Position numbers and translations under genes: made by a program. From Eutreptiella sp. 'Long Island Sound 2002' (Eukaryota > Protista > Euglenida), in assembly GCA_964036045.1 (NCBI GenBank), contig OZ038378.1:180916001-180980000 (forward strand): DNA of 64,000 nucleotides, given 5' to 3'. Shown here in pieces: positions 1 to 12,291 of this stretch. Each line of letters begins with the position of its first letter. Position 1 is the first letter of the stretch. The notes under the pieces were generated by a model. That model saw only the letters and a program-made list of their open reading frames with translations. It was not told where the DNA came from and made no database searches.

Positions 1-904
1 GCACCCTGTTGCCTCTGTCGCACCCCTCTGAAGTCCCCTGCTCATGAACAACGGCTGAATATGTCAGTGCCCAACACCAGCTCCCGCACATTGACCATTT
101 TGGCCCCCATCTGAAGCCCCCATCCTGAGCCATTGGCGCCAACGGCGAGCGTTGAAAGTTGGCGCCGCAAAGTCTTCGCTCACCCGGCGGACGCAGATTG
201 ATGAACACAAACCTTTTCCCGGTCTAGAGGCGCCCTCAAAGACGCCCTCGTTCCTGTCCAACTGCCGTCTGCTACCCTCGGCGGTCAAATGCGGTCGGTC
301 CAGAGGTTGAAGCAACCGTCCCTGGCCCGACAGTATTGTGTGAATGAGTTGACCGGCCCCGGTGGTGTGTCGAGAGTGGGATGTTGATCCCACTGCTCAC
401 TGCACTGTACAGTGCCCCGTAGCACCCACTCCCGCACAGGCGCCGGCAGAGGCTTCACGCGCCGTCAATCACACGGCCGTGAAGTGCGGAGGGTGCTCTC
501 CACCACGTCTCATTTGAGAAGCGTAACACACGGCCCGATGGCTTGGGATCCATATCCAGCCCCCGTTTGCGCAGGAGGGCAGGTGTCTGGCCGTCCGCAG
601 TCCAGCACAGCGTGACCAACGGACCCCCCTGGCCGCCTCCTGCACCGGATGCAATGATTCGACAAGTGCCCTGGCAGGCCCAATGTGTCATAGAATGCCT
701 CTCCGTTCAGTCCCCTCACAGCCACGCCACATTGCCCGATCAACGCAAGGCCGGTCAAGGATGCACTTGAGGGGGGCTGGAGGCGGAAGGCGGAGTTCAA
801 AAAACGGTTGCGGTTACTGGCGGTTGGAAAAGCAGCTGGGGTGGGTCTGGCGGTCGGTGCGCCGGTGGGCCGGTGGGGGTGGGGTGGCCCCTCGGCCGCT
901 GTGA

Positions 905-1941
905 TCAGATCTGCGGGTTCTGCAGCAGCTCCTGGTCGTCGCTCTGCTGCAGGTCCATCACGCTGTCGTGGCCCTGCCCCAAGTGCCACGGCACCGGGTC
1001 CCCGACGGACGACGCGGACTCCGAGCCCCCGGGGGTGGGGCAGCACTCCGCACACGCCCGCAGCCCCGGGCCCCGCGGCCGGGCCAGGGGGCGGCGGGGC
1101 CGGTGGCGGCGCGCGGGGCAGAGGAGGTACAGCACGAGGCTGCCCAAGAGGAACGCCGCGGTCCCCACGTTCACGATCAGCATGTGCGGCCCGGCGCCGC
1201 AGCGCGACGGCGTGGAGTTGTACACGGCGATCTCGCACACGGAGAACGCCGCGAAGCTGCCGACGAACTTGCGGCGCAGGCGGTCGTGCCACGCGCCGCG
1301 CGCGCACAGCGCGGTCGTGTACGCCAGCATCCACAGGCCGCCCAGCAGCAGCTCCCCCCACAGCAGCAGCGGCACCAGCGGCGGGCACCGGTCCAGGCGG
1401 TCGCGGTCGCCCGCGAGGCACCGGCCGATCGTGAGCAGCTTCTCGGCCCAACAGCCCCAGACCAGGAACGGCAGCGCGGTCGTGGCGGGGCTTGGGAGAG
1501 CGTTGGGGTGCTGGGGCTCGGAGTCGAAAGGCTGCACGCGGAGGCTGCGCAGGTACTTCTTCCGCAGGGCCGCGCCCGACAGCGCCTCGGTGCAGATCTT
1601 CGACAGCACAAGGCCGTTGTCGGTGCCGATGGCCAGCAGGTACCCGTCGGTACCCGCCCCCGCCCCAGCGCCCCCCCCGCCCCCCGCGCCCCCCGCGCCG
1701 AAATCCGCGGGCAATGCGGTGCAGGCCAGGGCCCAGGCGCGGCCCATCTCCGGCACGCGGCAGTAGTAGGCCTTCTGCAGCGTGGCCTCCTGGGACACGA
1801 GGACGCTACCGTCCTCGGCCCCGCTGACGACGAGGTGCGGGATCAGGCACAGCGCCGTGATGGGCGCGTCGTGCGCCGGGAAAATGCGCAGCACCGCCGC
1901 CCGCCCGGGGGCGGAGGCGTCCCAGACGATGACCACCGCGT
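905..1941 (-). CDS. F-box/WD40/TM protein, exon 2 (WD40 repeats + 2-3 hydrophobic helices); spliced product 620 aa
   Basis: Acceptor ctctccacag|AC at 1942. The phase-1 join restores the WD repeat LLSCAD-DAVVIVWD. Hydrophobic segments PLVPLLLWGELLLGGLWMLAY and MLIVNVGTAAFLLGSLVLYLLC. Stop at 905-907. Confidence 0.85.
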
Positions 1942-3682
1942 CTGTGGAGAGCGTTGCAGAGGGTGGGCGGGGGCAAGAGTGCCGTGCGGGGCTGCAGAGG
2001 GAGGCGGCGGATCAGAGGGAGCGCGGGTGTTGGCCAAGGGGTGAGGAGAGTTCCACGGCGTCGGGCAGAAGGGGATCTGCCTTGGCGATGCTTGCCAGTG
2101 AACGGTTGTACCCCCAATGACCAGGAATATTTCAGTGTTCACAGGGTCGTTGGTAGACCGTGTTAACGGCTAAAAAAAACCGGCGTTTGACGAGGGGGCG
2201 ATCGTTGCGCAAAGCAGTCATTGCGCCCACGGCAACAAGAACCCGGATGTGTGTGACAGTCATGGGAGGCATGACAACATTTGCCATGACTCAGAATCAT
2301 ATCTAATCCAACAGAAGTGGGTTGCAGTGTACAGCTGTACACGTCTACATGTTGCTATGAGCAGAAACAAGTTTTCACAGGCAGGAACCAGCCCCTCCTT
2401 CCCACTACGACCAGCTGACAAACATGTCTTCTTACCTTCTCGGCCACCAAAAACTGCGGCTGCAAAAAAGTGGCCAGAGGGCGTGTGTATATGGCCCTTG
2501 TAAGTGCAATCCCACCCCAAAATCAAGGAAGTCTGTGAGACCCTGTGAGAGTGCATTGCGACCCTTCATTGTCCCATATCAGCACGTCTGGAGGAGTTCC
2601 TGGTGCTGGCTCCGCAAAACGTCCCTAGACTCGGGTGAAGAGCCCGACATCATGGCTGGAACCCGATCATTGGTACGGACACAATGGTAGAAAAGCATGG
2701 GCACCAGGCCCCAGAACAAAGACATGGTAAATCCCGGCGGAGGGACAGCAAATTTTATGTGTCATTTGGCCATTAGTGACACAACAACGTGCAGAAAGAG
2801 GCAGAATGAAGAGGGAGTTGCATGGACCCCACCACAATACACCCCACAACACCGCGCCCTTGGGCCTGAAATGGGGCAAAAAGCAGTGCCCACATGAACC
2901 GACAAACAAAAACTTTGCACAGTGCGCTCACGCTGTGAGCGCTCTCGCACAAATATTCTCGTAGGTAAGAAACATATAACACTACATTTGGAGCCCTTAC
3001 TGACTTTAGTCGTTTCCGATGGTGTTGAAAAAGGCTTGAAAATGGGGCTCCTCGCTGTCTCTAGTGTTTTCAGTGGTGTTGGCAAAGGCTTGAAAATAGG
3101 GCGTTGCCGGAAGCCCTTGAAACCAATTGCTGCCTGGAATCCACCACGCACCGCATGCACGCCACCCGGAGGCACGCCTTCACGCAACGTACCCGAGTGC
3201 GTTAAACTGGCAGTACCATCTGGCACACGCACTCCACATTTGTGCCGAACCACCCCCGCCGCCAGAACCCCCAGAACCCCCTGGTAGAATCACGTGATGC
3301 AACAGACATGACACTGGGGGGGGCGGGGGTCCCGGTCAGGCGATTGCTCAATGACCCGGGGAGGGGGGGGGGGTCGTTTGATGCCCTGGCCAGCCCCGGC
3401 TGACCCACCCACCCACACCAGAAAAATAACTCATCAAAGCGACCGGAAATTTGAACCGGAAATTTGAGGCCGATTTTCGGTCCACAAACTGTTTTCTGGC
3501 CTCTGACCCCCCCCCCTCCTCCCGGGGGTAGGGTGCCCGTCACACTAAGCAATAGCATGGTCCCGGCCCCGATTTCAGCCCACCCCCCCACCCCCCCCAC
3601 ACACACACATAGGCCATGCGGACGGTGACGGAGGGGGTTGCAGAGAGCGCGGTCAGGGCCGCACGCGGGGACAGAGCGTTAC

Positions 3683-4508
3683 CGTCGGCGCACGACAAGA
3701 GCCATTTCTTCGTTTCGGAGTACTTGACGCTGTTCACGCACTTGGTATGGCCCCGCAGCCGCCGGGCGCTGGCCGTCCCCCCGGCGTCGATGGTCCACAG
3801 GTGGATTTCGCTCTGCAGCGTCCCGCTGGCAAACTGGGCCCTGTCCCAAGGGCAGGGGCACAGGCACATGACCGCCTGGTAGTACCCGAACCGGAACTCC
3901 TGCACCGCCTTCCACTCGGCCTCGGGGTCCAACAGCCGCATGCAGCCGTCACTGCCGGCGACCAGCAGCCAGTACCGCCGGTCGGCCTCGCCCTCGTGCG
4001 CACCGGTCCCGGTGTCCAACGGGGCCTGGATGACCGCCATCGCCCGAATGCGGCCCTTCATGATGCGGGTCGTGCTGGTGCAGGCCATGCGCTGACCCAG
4101 GTCCAGCACCGAGATCCGGCCGCTGTCGTCCCCGCAGATGACCTCGTTGGAGAAGGGGGAGAACAGCGCCGCCCGGATGGGGAAGTCCGTGGGCGTGACG
4201 GACCCGAGCATCTTGTCCGTGACGTAGTTGTACAGGCACACGGTCCCGTCGTAGCAGGAGCACAGGAGCGTGGGCTGTAAGTCGTGGAAGGCGACGCACT
4301 TGATGCGGTCGGTGCTGACCACGCGGTGCGGCTGCAGCTCAACCCGCGGCGCCTGCAGGATGGTCTGCCAGCATTGCCCGTTGTGTGCGGACACGGCCCT
4401 CCACGCGCTGCAGACCCTCTCGACGGTGGTCACGACCTCATGCGCCCCCAGGAAGGTGAAAATGGTGGACAAGACGTCCGGGGGAAGCGGAAAGCATCCC
4501 CAGTCCAT
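3683..4508 (-). CDS. F-box/WD40/TM protein, exon 1 (F-box + beta'-COP-like WD40 repeats)
   Basis: F-box motif PLPPDVLSTIFTFL..VERVCSAW. STDRIKCVAFHDLQPTLLCSCYDGTVCLYNY resembles the first beta'-COP WD repeat. Donor GAC G|GTAACG at 3682. High GC3. Confidence 0.85.
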
Positions 4509-5050
4509 GCCCCAAGGGCACCTCCCGTCACATGGACGTCGCAGTACAGCACGGGGTGAACGACATGGGCTGCAAAATACAACAAATGCGTAAGAAACAG
4601 GATGATGAGGTGAGGTTCAAAATATAGTGGACTGAATGCAAATGGCTCACTCATTATTGTGCCTCTGGACATGCATGCCTGCGCTGTGGTGCTGTGGCGC
4701 TGTCCTACTCAACCCTTGCCTGCGGGCCCTGCACACTGACACAAAAGATTGCCACTCATCCACACACTGCCCTTCACGGATTCGCCATCATTTAAACAGC
4801 CTGAAAACCTACGTCTGCAGAGATATCATTTGAGCGGTCCAAAGACAACAAAGTGGATTTCACAGCTACTGGAAAGTGTGGCTCATTTATCCCCAACATC
4901 GATAGCCGCATACAGACACTGCACTGCGTACAAGGACTGCAGCACCCGAATAAAGAGAATGTGAACCTGAACCATCTTTCAGCGATTTCCTTTAAAGATA
5001 CATGCATGACATGAATTTTGGGAGGGGGTTCAGACCCAGGTAACTTGGAA

Positions 5051-5393
5051 AAGCCCCACTCAATAACACTCACTCCAACAATTTGCTGTGTACTCACTTT
5101 CGATCAAATTGTGGCCCCAACGGTGGTTTTTTCTCGGCTGTCGAATTTCAGTCACACCTTCACACACTGGGGCTTTCTCCCCTGGCTACACCTCGGTCCC
5201 CTTCGACCAGCATCAGCTCTGGTCGCACACGGAGTTTCTCTTTTTCGGATTCACTAGACTCAGCTTCGGACACTATACCAACGCTTTTTCCACAGCTTTT
5301 CACTAGGCTGCTCCACCGAATGAAGTGGGTGCAGCTCAGGGTCAGAAACAAATTAGCTTGCCACAACCCCAGAACATTTTCGGCTTCTCTCCC
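5051..5393. repeat. ~343-bp dispersed repeat, copy 1 (direct repeat of 11945-12291)
   Basis: Near-identical sequence from aagccccactcaataac to ttctctccc, with only a few substitutions and small indels between copies. Confidence 0.9.
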
Positions 5394-7986
5394 CCGCCAC
5401 AACCCCTTTGCGAATCTTTTACGCTAGATCTGGCGTGGCATTTCCACTACGGCTGTGACATCTAGTTCTCTCGACTACATATGCAACAGATTGATCTTGG
5501 GATGCTTCAGCGTGGATGTGCACTGCACTACCATGCACCAGAGGAACCTGCAGGCACAGGTCCATGTTCTCCCCACAGGGCACACGATTCATTGCATGAC
5601 CACACTGTGCCCTGCAGCACTGGTGTAGAGACCGGCACAGGCCTGATGTAAAAAAAATTGAGGGTCGTTTCGTAGCGTCTTTTGCTCCACCGAGAACGTG
5701 CCTGTCAATCACCACAGCAACCAGGCCACAGATGGGTCTGCAGTGAGTGCTCCCAGGCTGAAACGCCATATTAAATTATTGTCGCAGGTTGAATCTCGGA
5801 TCTCGAATCTCGAATCTGCACAAAAAGATGTTGTACAAAGGGACCATACTGTCTATGGTCTTGTCTAAGCTATAGTACGCAAAGCGACGATATGAATGTT
5901 TGACGTTTTTGTACAAATTCTGAGTGTGATGCCTTCCTTCCTCCATCTTCCCTCTCATCACATTGTGATTTCTGCATCACCTCACTCACGAGGAGGTGCA
6001 GTATAAATGTTTTGGATGGAGGGGCATCGCCATCTTGATCCCACCTAGACTTTTGATTTTTTGGCATCCCAAATGCCTGGGCTTCTGCCCCATCTAAACC
6101 GATATGTTCTTGATATCCCCACGTCATGGCTCCACTGCCTTGCCCGTGGTTGGAGTCCACAAAATGTCCATGGAGGCAACATTTGTTGCCTCACCTCTCC
6201 AACCTGCAACGGTGAATAGGGTCTTTGCAAACAAAAATGTACCCACATAGTAAGCTTAGACAAGGTGGGAGAGGGTATTGATATGGCAACCAGTTCAATT
6301 CGGCATGAAATGTAATGGGAATGCCATTCACACAGTGTTCACACAGTGCAAAGTTTTGTTTGTCTGCAGCTACTTGAATTCTAGTTTGATTGTAAAATGA
6401 GCTTGATTCAATTGATGACATGTATTTCATTGGGATTTGTGTGAAAAGGGGTTAAAACCATGTCCCTCCGGTCCGCTTCTTTACCCCTTGTGCTCCCTTG
6501 TCGGTGGAGGTTGCACAATGATCACGGGGAATCACCCGATGACGAGTACAGGTCATTCTCTCTGCTTTGGAGTTCTCTGATATGGCAAAGGTTGCATAGC
6601 CACCTCATGTTCGCTCAACACAGAAGGGGTTGCGTAGTCAAAGACAAAATTGATCAAGCATGTGCAGCCGCAGCATCCCGCAGCACCAAAAAATTTGCTT
6701 TGTACATGGTGATTGGCAATTGTCTGCCTGCTCCGTTTGCTCCGCCTGCTCTGTTTGCACGGGAGACATTCTGTCTGACCCACGTCTCCCCAGTATCAAC
6801 ACCAACCAACACCAACCGATCTGGATGGTGAAAGTGATTAATTTGGCTCAACAGCGTGGTGCATGTTGTCTCTTGTTTGCGAGTTCAGGTTCCTACGGAT
6901 GCCTAGGTGCCCACATGTGCAGGTAGAAGCATGCCGCAGCATGCTGCAGCACAAATCGCAGCATAGACCTAAGCACACATCAAATATAGTCTTTCATGGT
7001 CATTTTGTGCATGTATGGCTCTGTCTGCGCTCTGTTTTGGCTCTGTGCAAGTCTTGATGTGTACCACATATTCCCTGTTTTTCCCTTTGGGACACAATCA
7101 TCATTTCCACTGCAACAGTACTGGGGTGACTCGGATATGTACAGCACATTGGTGTTGGTATGGTACATTCCGTATGCTGCCCGTGGGCAACAAAGTCTGT
7201 TGAATGTCATGAAGATATAGATGGCAGCATCTGCCAGATACTCACTGCCTGCATGCGACCACAAGGGTGGAGACAGCTCAGCTTGTGGGGCTCAATGCAC
7301 CCATTCGGCCAGACTGAACTGGTTCCTATTGTCACGCAATGTGGCTAACCGGCATGTCTCTTGCAGAGGTGTGGCGCGCATGCACGTGTGCCGTGTGTTT
7401 CGCTTAAATTCGCTTAAATGTACAATCGGAGGGCGGTGTTGCACGCAGCCTCGTAGTGTTTGTGGCATCGCCGTATGTAGCTGCTCAGCCTAGCCCCCCA
7501 GTGTGTGAATAGGTGACGTTGTTTGAGGACTAGACAAACGTCGCGTCTGCACAGGTCAAGTGCGCGCATCAGTGGGGTGGCGCATCAGTGGGGTGCAGTG
7601 CTCAAGTAGGACGGTCGGTGTAGGGGCGGCGGCAGGCAGGACATGGTATTGTACCTCCAAACGACTCCATCAATGCTTAACAATTCTGTCAGCTTGACCC
7701 CTTCCCTACTTCCCGAAGATGATACTCGCGAAGCCCGTGTATTCTGAGACACAGGCATTGTGAGACACAGAGAGACACAATGGACGCGGACAGCGGGCTG
7801 CCATGGGAGGGCCTTGGACGAGCAGACTTGGTCTCTGCGTCTATTGCGACGTGTTACATGGGGATAGCGTATGGGGTTGGAGTGCAGGTACCCCGCTCCC
7901 CAACTCCGCAGTTGGCCCCTTACAGAACAGCGATTTGGACTTCAATAAGCTCGCGCCCTCCCGAAAATGATACTCGCAGGCCCGTT

Positions 7987-8181
<195 letters not shown>

Positions 8182-9067
8182 GGAGGGAGGGGGGGAGAGA
8201 GAGAGAGAGGGGATGGTCACAAACAACCGCCCAGCGGTGGGGTGCCTCCCATTATGCAACGCAAAATCATGTAAAACCATGCAAAATTGTGTACGTGAAA
8301 CAAAGCAAAGAAGAGGCACAGCAATTTATGACACCCTCCTCCGATCCATCACTACAACTGTCACCCTCCTCCACAGTCGGCCTCTTTTTGTCTGATGTGT
8401 CTGGTTCCTCATCACTGTCACTATCATCAGACTCTCATCATCCTGTTTTTTTGGGGGGGTTCAGGCCGTGGCAAGCTGGCGAAGCCCACTCACAATGCAT
8501 TGGAGAAATTTCTCGGAATCAAGGATCAGAGCTGTCCAATGCTACAATTGCCCCACAAAGCAAGGTGGTGGCGGACATAACATGTCGTGAGCACAATGAT
8601 GAAAAGGGCAAACAGCTGTGACAAAAGGGAACACACACAACAGCAAACAGAGTGCCAACCGTGGAACCAGCGTCAGATTCATGGTTGTATAATTGTGCAA
8701 ACTTATGCAAAATTATGCAAATTAAAGCCCAAAGCCCCAATATGCAAAAACTTTGTATGCAATTATGCAACAATATGCGTTTGCGTAATTCCCCACCTCT
8801 GGCTGGGGGCAGTTGGCATTTGGCAATTGTGCAAATGTGAATGCGTGAGAGCATGGCATAGGTGAATGCATTCACCTATGCAATGCTGTTGGAAGAGTGC
8901 CTCGAGTATTAGCCTCAAATAAGCATCCCTCTGTGCCTAAAGTGCAGGAGGGGTCTGTAAATCTTCGACTATGATCTCTCAGCAACGGTACCCTATTGCC
9001 AGCGCTCTCACCCCACCACATTTCAGACCATGAATTAGAGGGTGTGCACCCGCCAGTGTGGCATCAA

Positions 9068-9793
9068 TTATCTGTGCCAAATGCCAACTGCCGGTGGGAA
9101 ATTACGCAAATGAATTGCATAATTTTTCTTTGCATATGGAGGCTTTGGGCATTCAGGGGACGAGAGCAGATGAAGAAAAACTGCCACCCACCAGTGCCCC
9201 TGCTCGCCACAGACCAAAATAAACCAATCGAGGTCAAAGCAGTTTTCCTTCTGTGGCAAGCTCTTTTTCCGCCAAAGGGTAACAGGCCAGACCCTTCGCT
9301 GGAGGCCGAGTTTCCGATGGAGCAGCAAATTCATGAGTTGCACTCGAATTTCAATTAAATTATCTCCGATCCAACGATCACCCCCCAATTGTTCCGTTAT
9401 TTCACGGTTTGTCAACAAAATGCCTAGGACTCTGATGCCATCTACCCCAGATGCAGGGCCCTCGGCAGGAGATGGGGTGTCGTCGGCATCAATATATTCC
9501 GGGTGAGGAGGTGAGGAGGTTGAAGTTGGCTCAGGGCTAATGGGTCCGTGCGGCGCAGTGGTGCCGGGGTTAGCAGCTTGCATGGGCTCCGGAGATTCCA
9601 CGTCGGCCATTGATGGCCACCAAACGTGTTCACGTGGCCAAAGAGCAGGGTCATCCCCTAAATCTTCCCCCCGTGGTGCAACGAGGCCGTTCAATTGAGC
9701 CTCGTACAGCCGTCGGCTATCCCCACAAAGGATGTCTTTCGCCCCATTGATTCTTTGAATGACACTGATGTCAAACCTCTGAGCCCACAGCAC
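9068..9793 (-). pseudogene. Ulp1/C48 SUMO-protease-like fragment, probably transposon-derived
   Basis: WIGDNLIEIRVQLM resembles the C48 WLNDEVINFY motif. FDLDWFILVCGEQGHWWVAVF resembles the His-Trp strand motif. The ORF stops before the Asp/Cys region. Confidence 0.55.
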
Positions 9794-10878
9794 CAGTTTC
9801 CGATACCGTTTTTTAACGACGGCAAGTTTGCATCCCCCGACTGCACCACCGGCAGCACCTCCAGACGGTACCCGGGAAGCAATCCCGATGGGTCAACGAT
9901 ATTGAGGATTCGATCAGTCGTCAGCCCCGGATAATACAAAGTGTTGGGAGTCCCGTAGAGCTCGATCCACAAATCGTAAACCTCCTGCGTCACGACACTT
10001 GTGGCACTGCGGTCGTTGTCCTTGAAGAACTGCGCCACTTGCCCCGTCTTTGCAATGTACTCGTCGAACACACTGTTATTGAGGACGCGCCCCCCGCCGT
10101 ACTTCTCCCACGTTGGCAGGAAGGCACCCACCGCCTGCTGCTCGTCAAACCCCTGGACGAACTGGACAAAAGGGACCAGATCCTGGAACGGCAGGGGAAG
10201 GAGTGTCAAGTCATTCGTGCCCCCCGTCAGCGCCCAGACGAGCGAGGCGACGGCCTGCTGCAGCGACCGGAACGTGCTGAGTTCTCCGGTGTCGGGGCTC
10301 GAGGAGTACCGCTTGGCGACTTGGTTGGGGTTCGTCTTTGTGAGCCAGGCCGCCAGGCTGTGCGCGTCGACATAGCTCTGGTAGAGGCGGTAGCCTGCGC
10401 CTCCGGGCAGCTGCTCGATGGTGACGATGTGGTCCACACTGCCGGTGTGCTGCAGGTGGAAGATCACTAAGTCGTCGGGATACTGGGTGCGGTACGTGGA
10501 AAACAGCTGCTGGATTCCGCTCCCCACATCGGCTCCGCCAGTCACGGCGGTGTACCTTGCAGCTTGCCCGTTGAAGAAATTGCCTGCATTGCGGTATTCT
10601 GTGTACTGACTGCCGAGGCCTTCGAAAACTTCTGTGACCCAGGAAAGCGTGAGACCACAGGCCCAGGCAGTACCAGTGGCAGGTTGCGCCAGCATGGCAC
10701 TCACAAAGGCATGGGAGGTCGCGGAGGATTCTGCCGCGGCTTTCTTCTGGTTGATTCTGCTGCCTAGTTGGCGGTCATACACCGACAGCTCACGGATGAC
10801 GTCGAGGCACTCTTTCTTCGCTGAGGCGGGTGCCATGCTCGTTAAAACAAGCAGCACGAACAGCAGGGTCACCAGCAT
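9691..10878 (-). CDS. Secreted papain-fold Cys-His-Gln protein, Cif/CHBP-like deamidase candidate (~395 aa, intronless)
   Basis: Signal peptide MLVTLLFVLLVLTSMAPASA|KK from ATG 10878 (alternative ATG 10914). ACGLT (Cys codon 10657-10659), DHIVTIE (His 10429-10431), YRLYQSY..HSLAAWL (Gln 10378-10380). Strong GC3 bias. The last ~45 codons are uncertain. Confidence 0.8.
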   Translation of the reverse strand: MLVTLLFVLLVLTSMAPASAKKECLDVIRELSVYDRQLGSRINQKKAAAESSATSHAFVSAMLAQPATGTAWACGLTLSWVTEVFEGLGSQYTEYRNAGNFFNGQAARYTAVTGGADVGSGIQQLFSTYRTQYPDDLVIFHLQHTGSVDHIVTIEQLPGGAGYRLYQSYVDAHSLAAWLTKTNPNQVAKRYSSSPDTGELSTFRSLQQAVASLVWALTGGTNDLTLLPLPFQDLVPFVQFVQGFDEQQAVGAFLPTWEKYGGGRVLNNSVFDEYIAKTGQVAQFFKDNDRSATSVVTQEVYDLWIELYGTPNTLYYPGLTTDRILNIVDPSGLLPGYRLEVLPVVQSGDANLPSLKNGIGNWCCGLRGLTSVSFKESMGRKTSFVGIADGCTRLN

Positions 10879-11551
10879 GCTGGACAGTACACTGCAGATG
10901 GCAAATCTGTACATGTGGTGGGTGTTTGTTTGCGTGTGTGTGCGCGCGTGTGTGTATTTGTGTGTGCCACTGGCCAATGGCCCCACCAGGTTGCTCTGGT
11001 TCTCGCCTGCGGCAGTCCTTGACGGGCGGAAAGTTGCCCCAAGGGACCATGAAGCAACGGATACTCAGCTACCGAACGCCCCTGTGTCACAGGCGACCAG
11101 TCACAGCTCGCAATTGTTCTGCTGCACTGCAGCACTCCCAAACCAGTACTGAATGTTGCCTTGAGTTCGCCCATGGGCTATCGAATGTCTCTTAGGCTGG
11201 TTTGGGTCAGCTCGCTCACCTTCCTGGAGCCCGGCATGGTCAAAAACCTGGGGTGGGCCGTGACAGCACACGTGCCCGCGTTTCAGCGATGACAACACAC
11301 AATTTGTGCAAATTGCCCCAAAGGGGTGGGGGGTTGTATGAGCCCCCCCCCCCCTGGACCCCAGGGGGTGGGGGGGTGCAACAGGGGCTCCTCTGTCACG
11401 AGCCTTGCTTTTGGTCGTTTTTTGGCAAAAATATTGTGTAGTTTCTTTCATCAAAAGCGGGTGGGGACAAACGACCACTTTTGTTACTCCCCTGAATGCG
11501 CTGATTTCAAAAATGCCATTTGCATTCCTTCTTCTTCTGCCTTCTACCTAG

Positions 11552-11870
11552 CAAACAAACAACGTGGCTGAACTGCAAGCAGCACTGCGTGCCCTACAAA
11601 TCTGCAATTACCCTAAAATTGCCCTATGCACCCACTCAGAATACGTCTACTTGGGAGCTACAGGCGCGGCTCGCCACTGGAGAGCCCCTGGATGGCATGG
11701 CTCCCCGAGCCCTGTGCCCACACCTTTTCTCTGGGAACAACTCCCGCACGAATTGGACCGCCGTGGACGGGTGGTGGAATGCGTCAAAGTACCTTCCCAC
11801 AGTGGGGTGCGAGGGAATGAGGAGGCTGACAAGCTGGCTGAGGAGGTTAGGCTATCTAGCCCGCTCTGCC
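11552..11870 (+). mobile_element. Retroelement-type RNase HI domain relic
   Basis: QTNNVAELQAAL...IALCTHSEYV...LWEQL...VKVPSHSGVRGNEEADKLA. The catalytic Asp of TDS reads His, and there is no intact upstream RT. Confidence 0.8.
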
Positions 11871-11944
11871 CCCACTCCTGCCCCCACTACTGCCCCCACT
11901 ACCACACTATCGACAGCCCGCCACCTGAAATAAAAAAACCACGC

Positions 11945-12291
11945 AAGCCCCACTCAATAACACTCACTCCGACAATTTGCTGTGTACTCACTTTCGATCA
12001 AATTGTGGCCCCAACGGTGGTTTTTTCTCGGCTGTCGAATTTCAGTCACACCTTCACACACTGGGGCTTCCTCCCCTGGCTACACCTCGGTCCCCTTCGA
12101 CCAGCATCAGCTCTGGTCGCACACGGAGTTTCTCTTTTTCGGATTCACTAGACTCAGCTTCGGACACTATACCAACGCTTTTTCCACAGCCATGCTTTTC
12201 GCTAGGCTGCTGCACCGAATGAAATGGGTGCAGCTCAGGGTCAGAAACAAATTAGCTTGCCACAACCCAGAACATTTTCGGTTTCTCTCCC
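11945..12291. repeat. ~343-bp dispersed repeat, copy 2
   Basis: Direct repeat of 5051-5393. Confidence 0.9.

Noticed and set aside
510-2044. Long overlapping ORFs (510-1451 -, 873-1766 +, 968-2044 +)
   Set aside because: Shadow frames of the GC-rich exon 905-1941; low-complexity Arg/Pro/Ala/Gly translations.
5915-5935. ttctgagtgt match to the euglenid spliced-leader core
   Set aside because: Only 10 nt match; no following ctatttttt or donor, so not an SL RNA gene.
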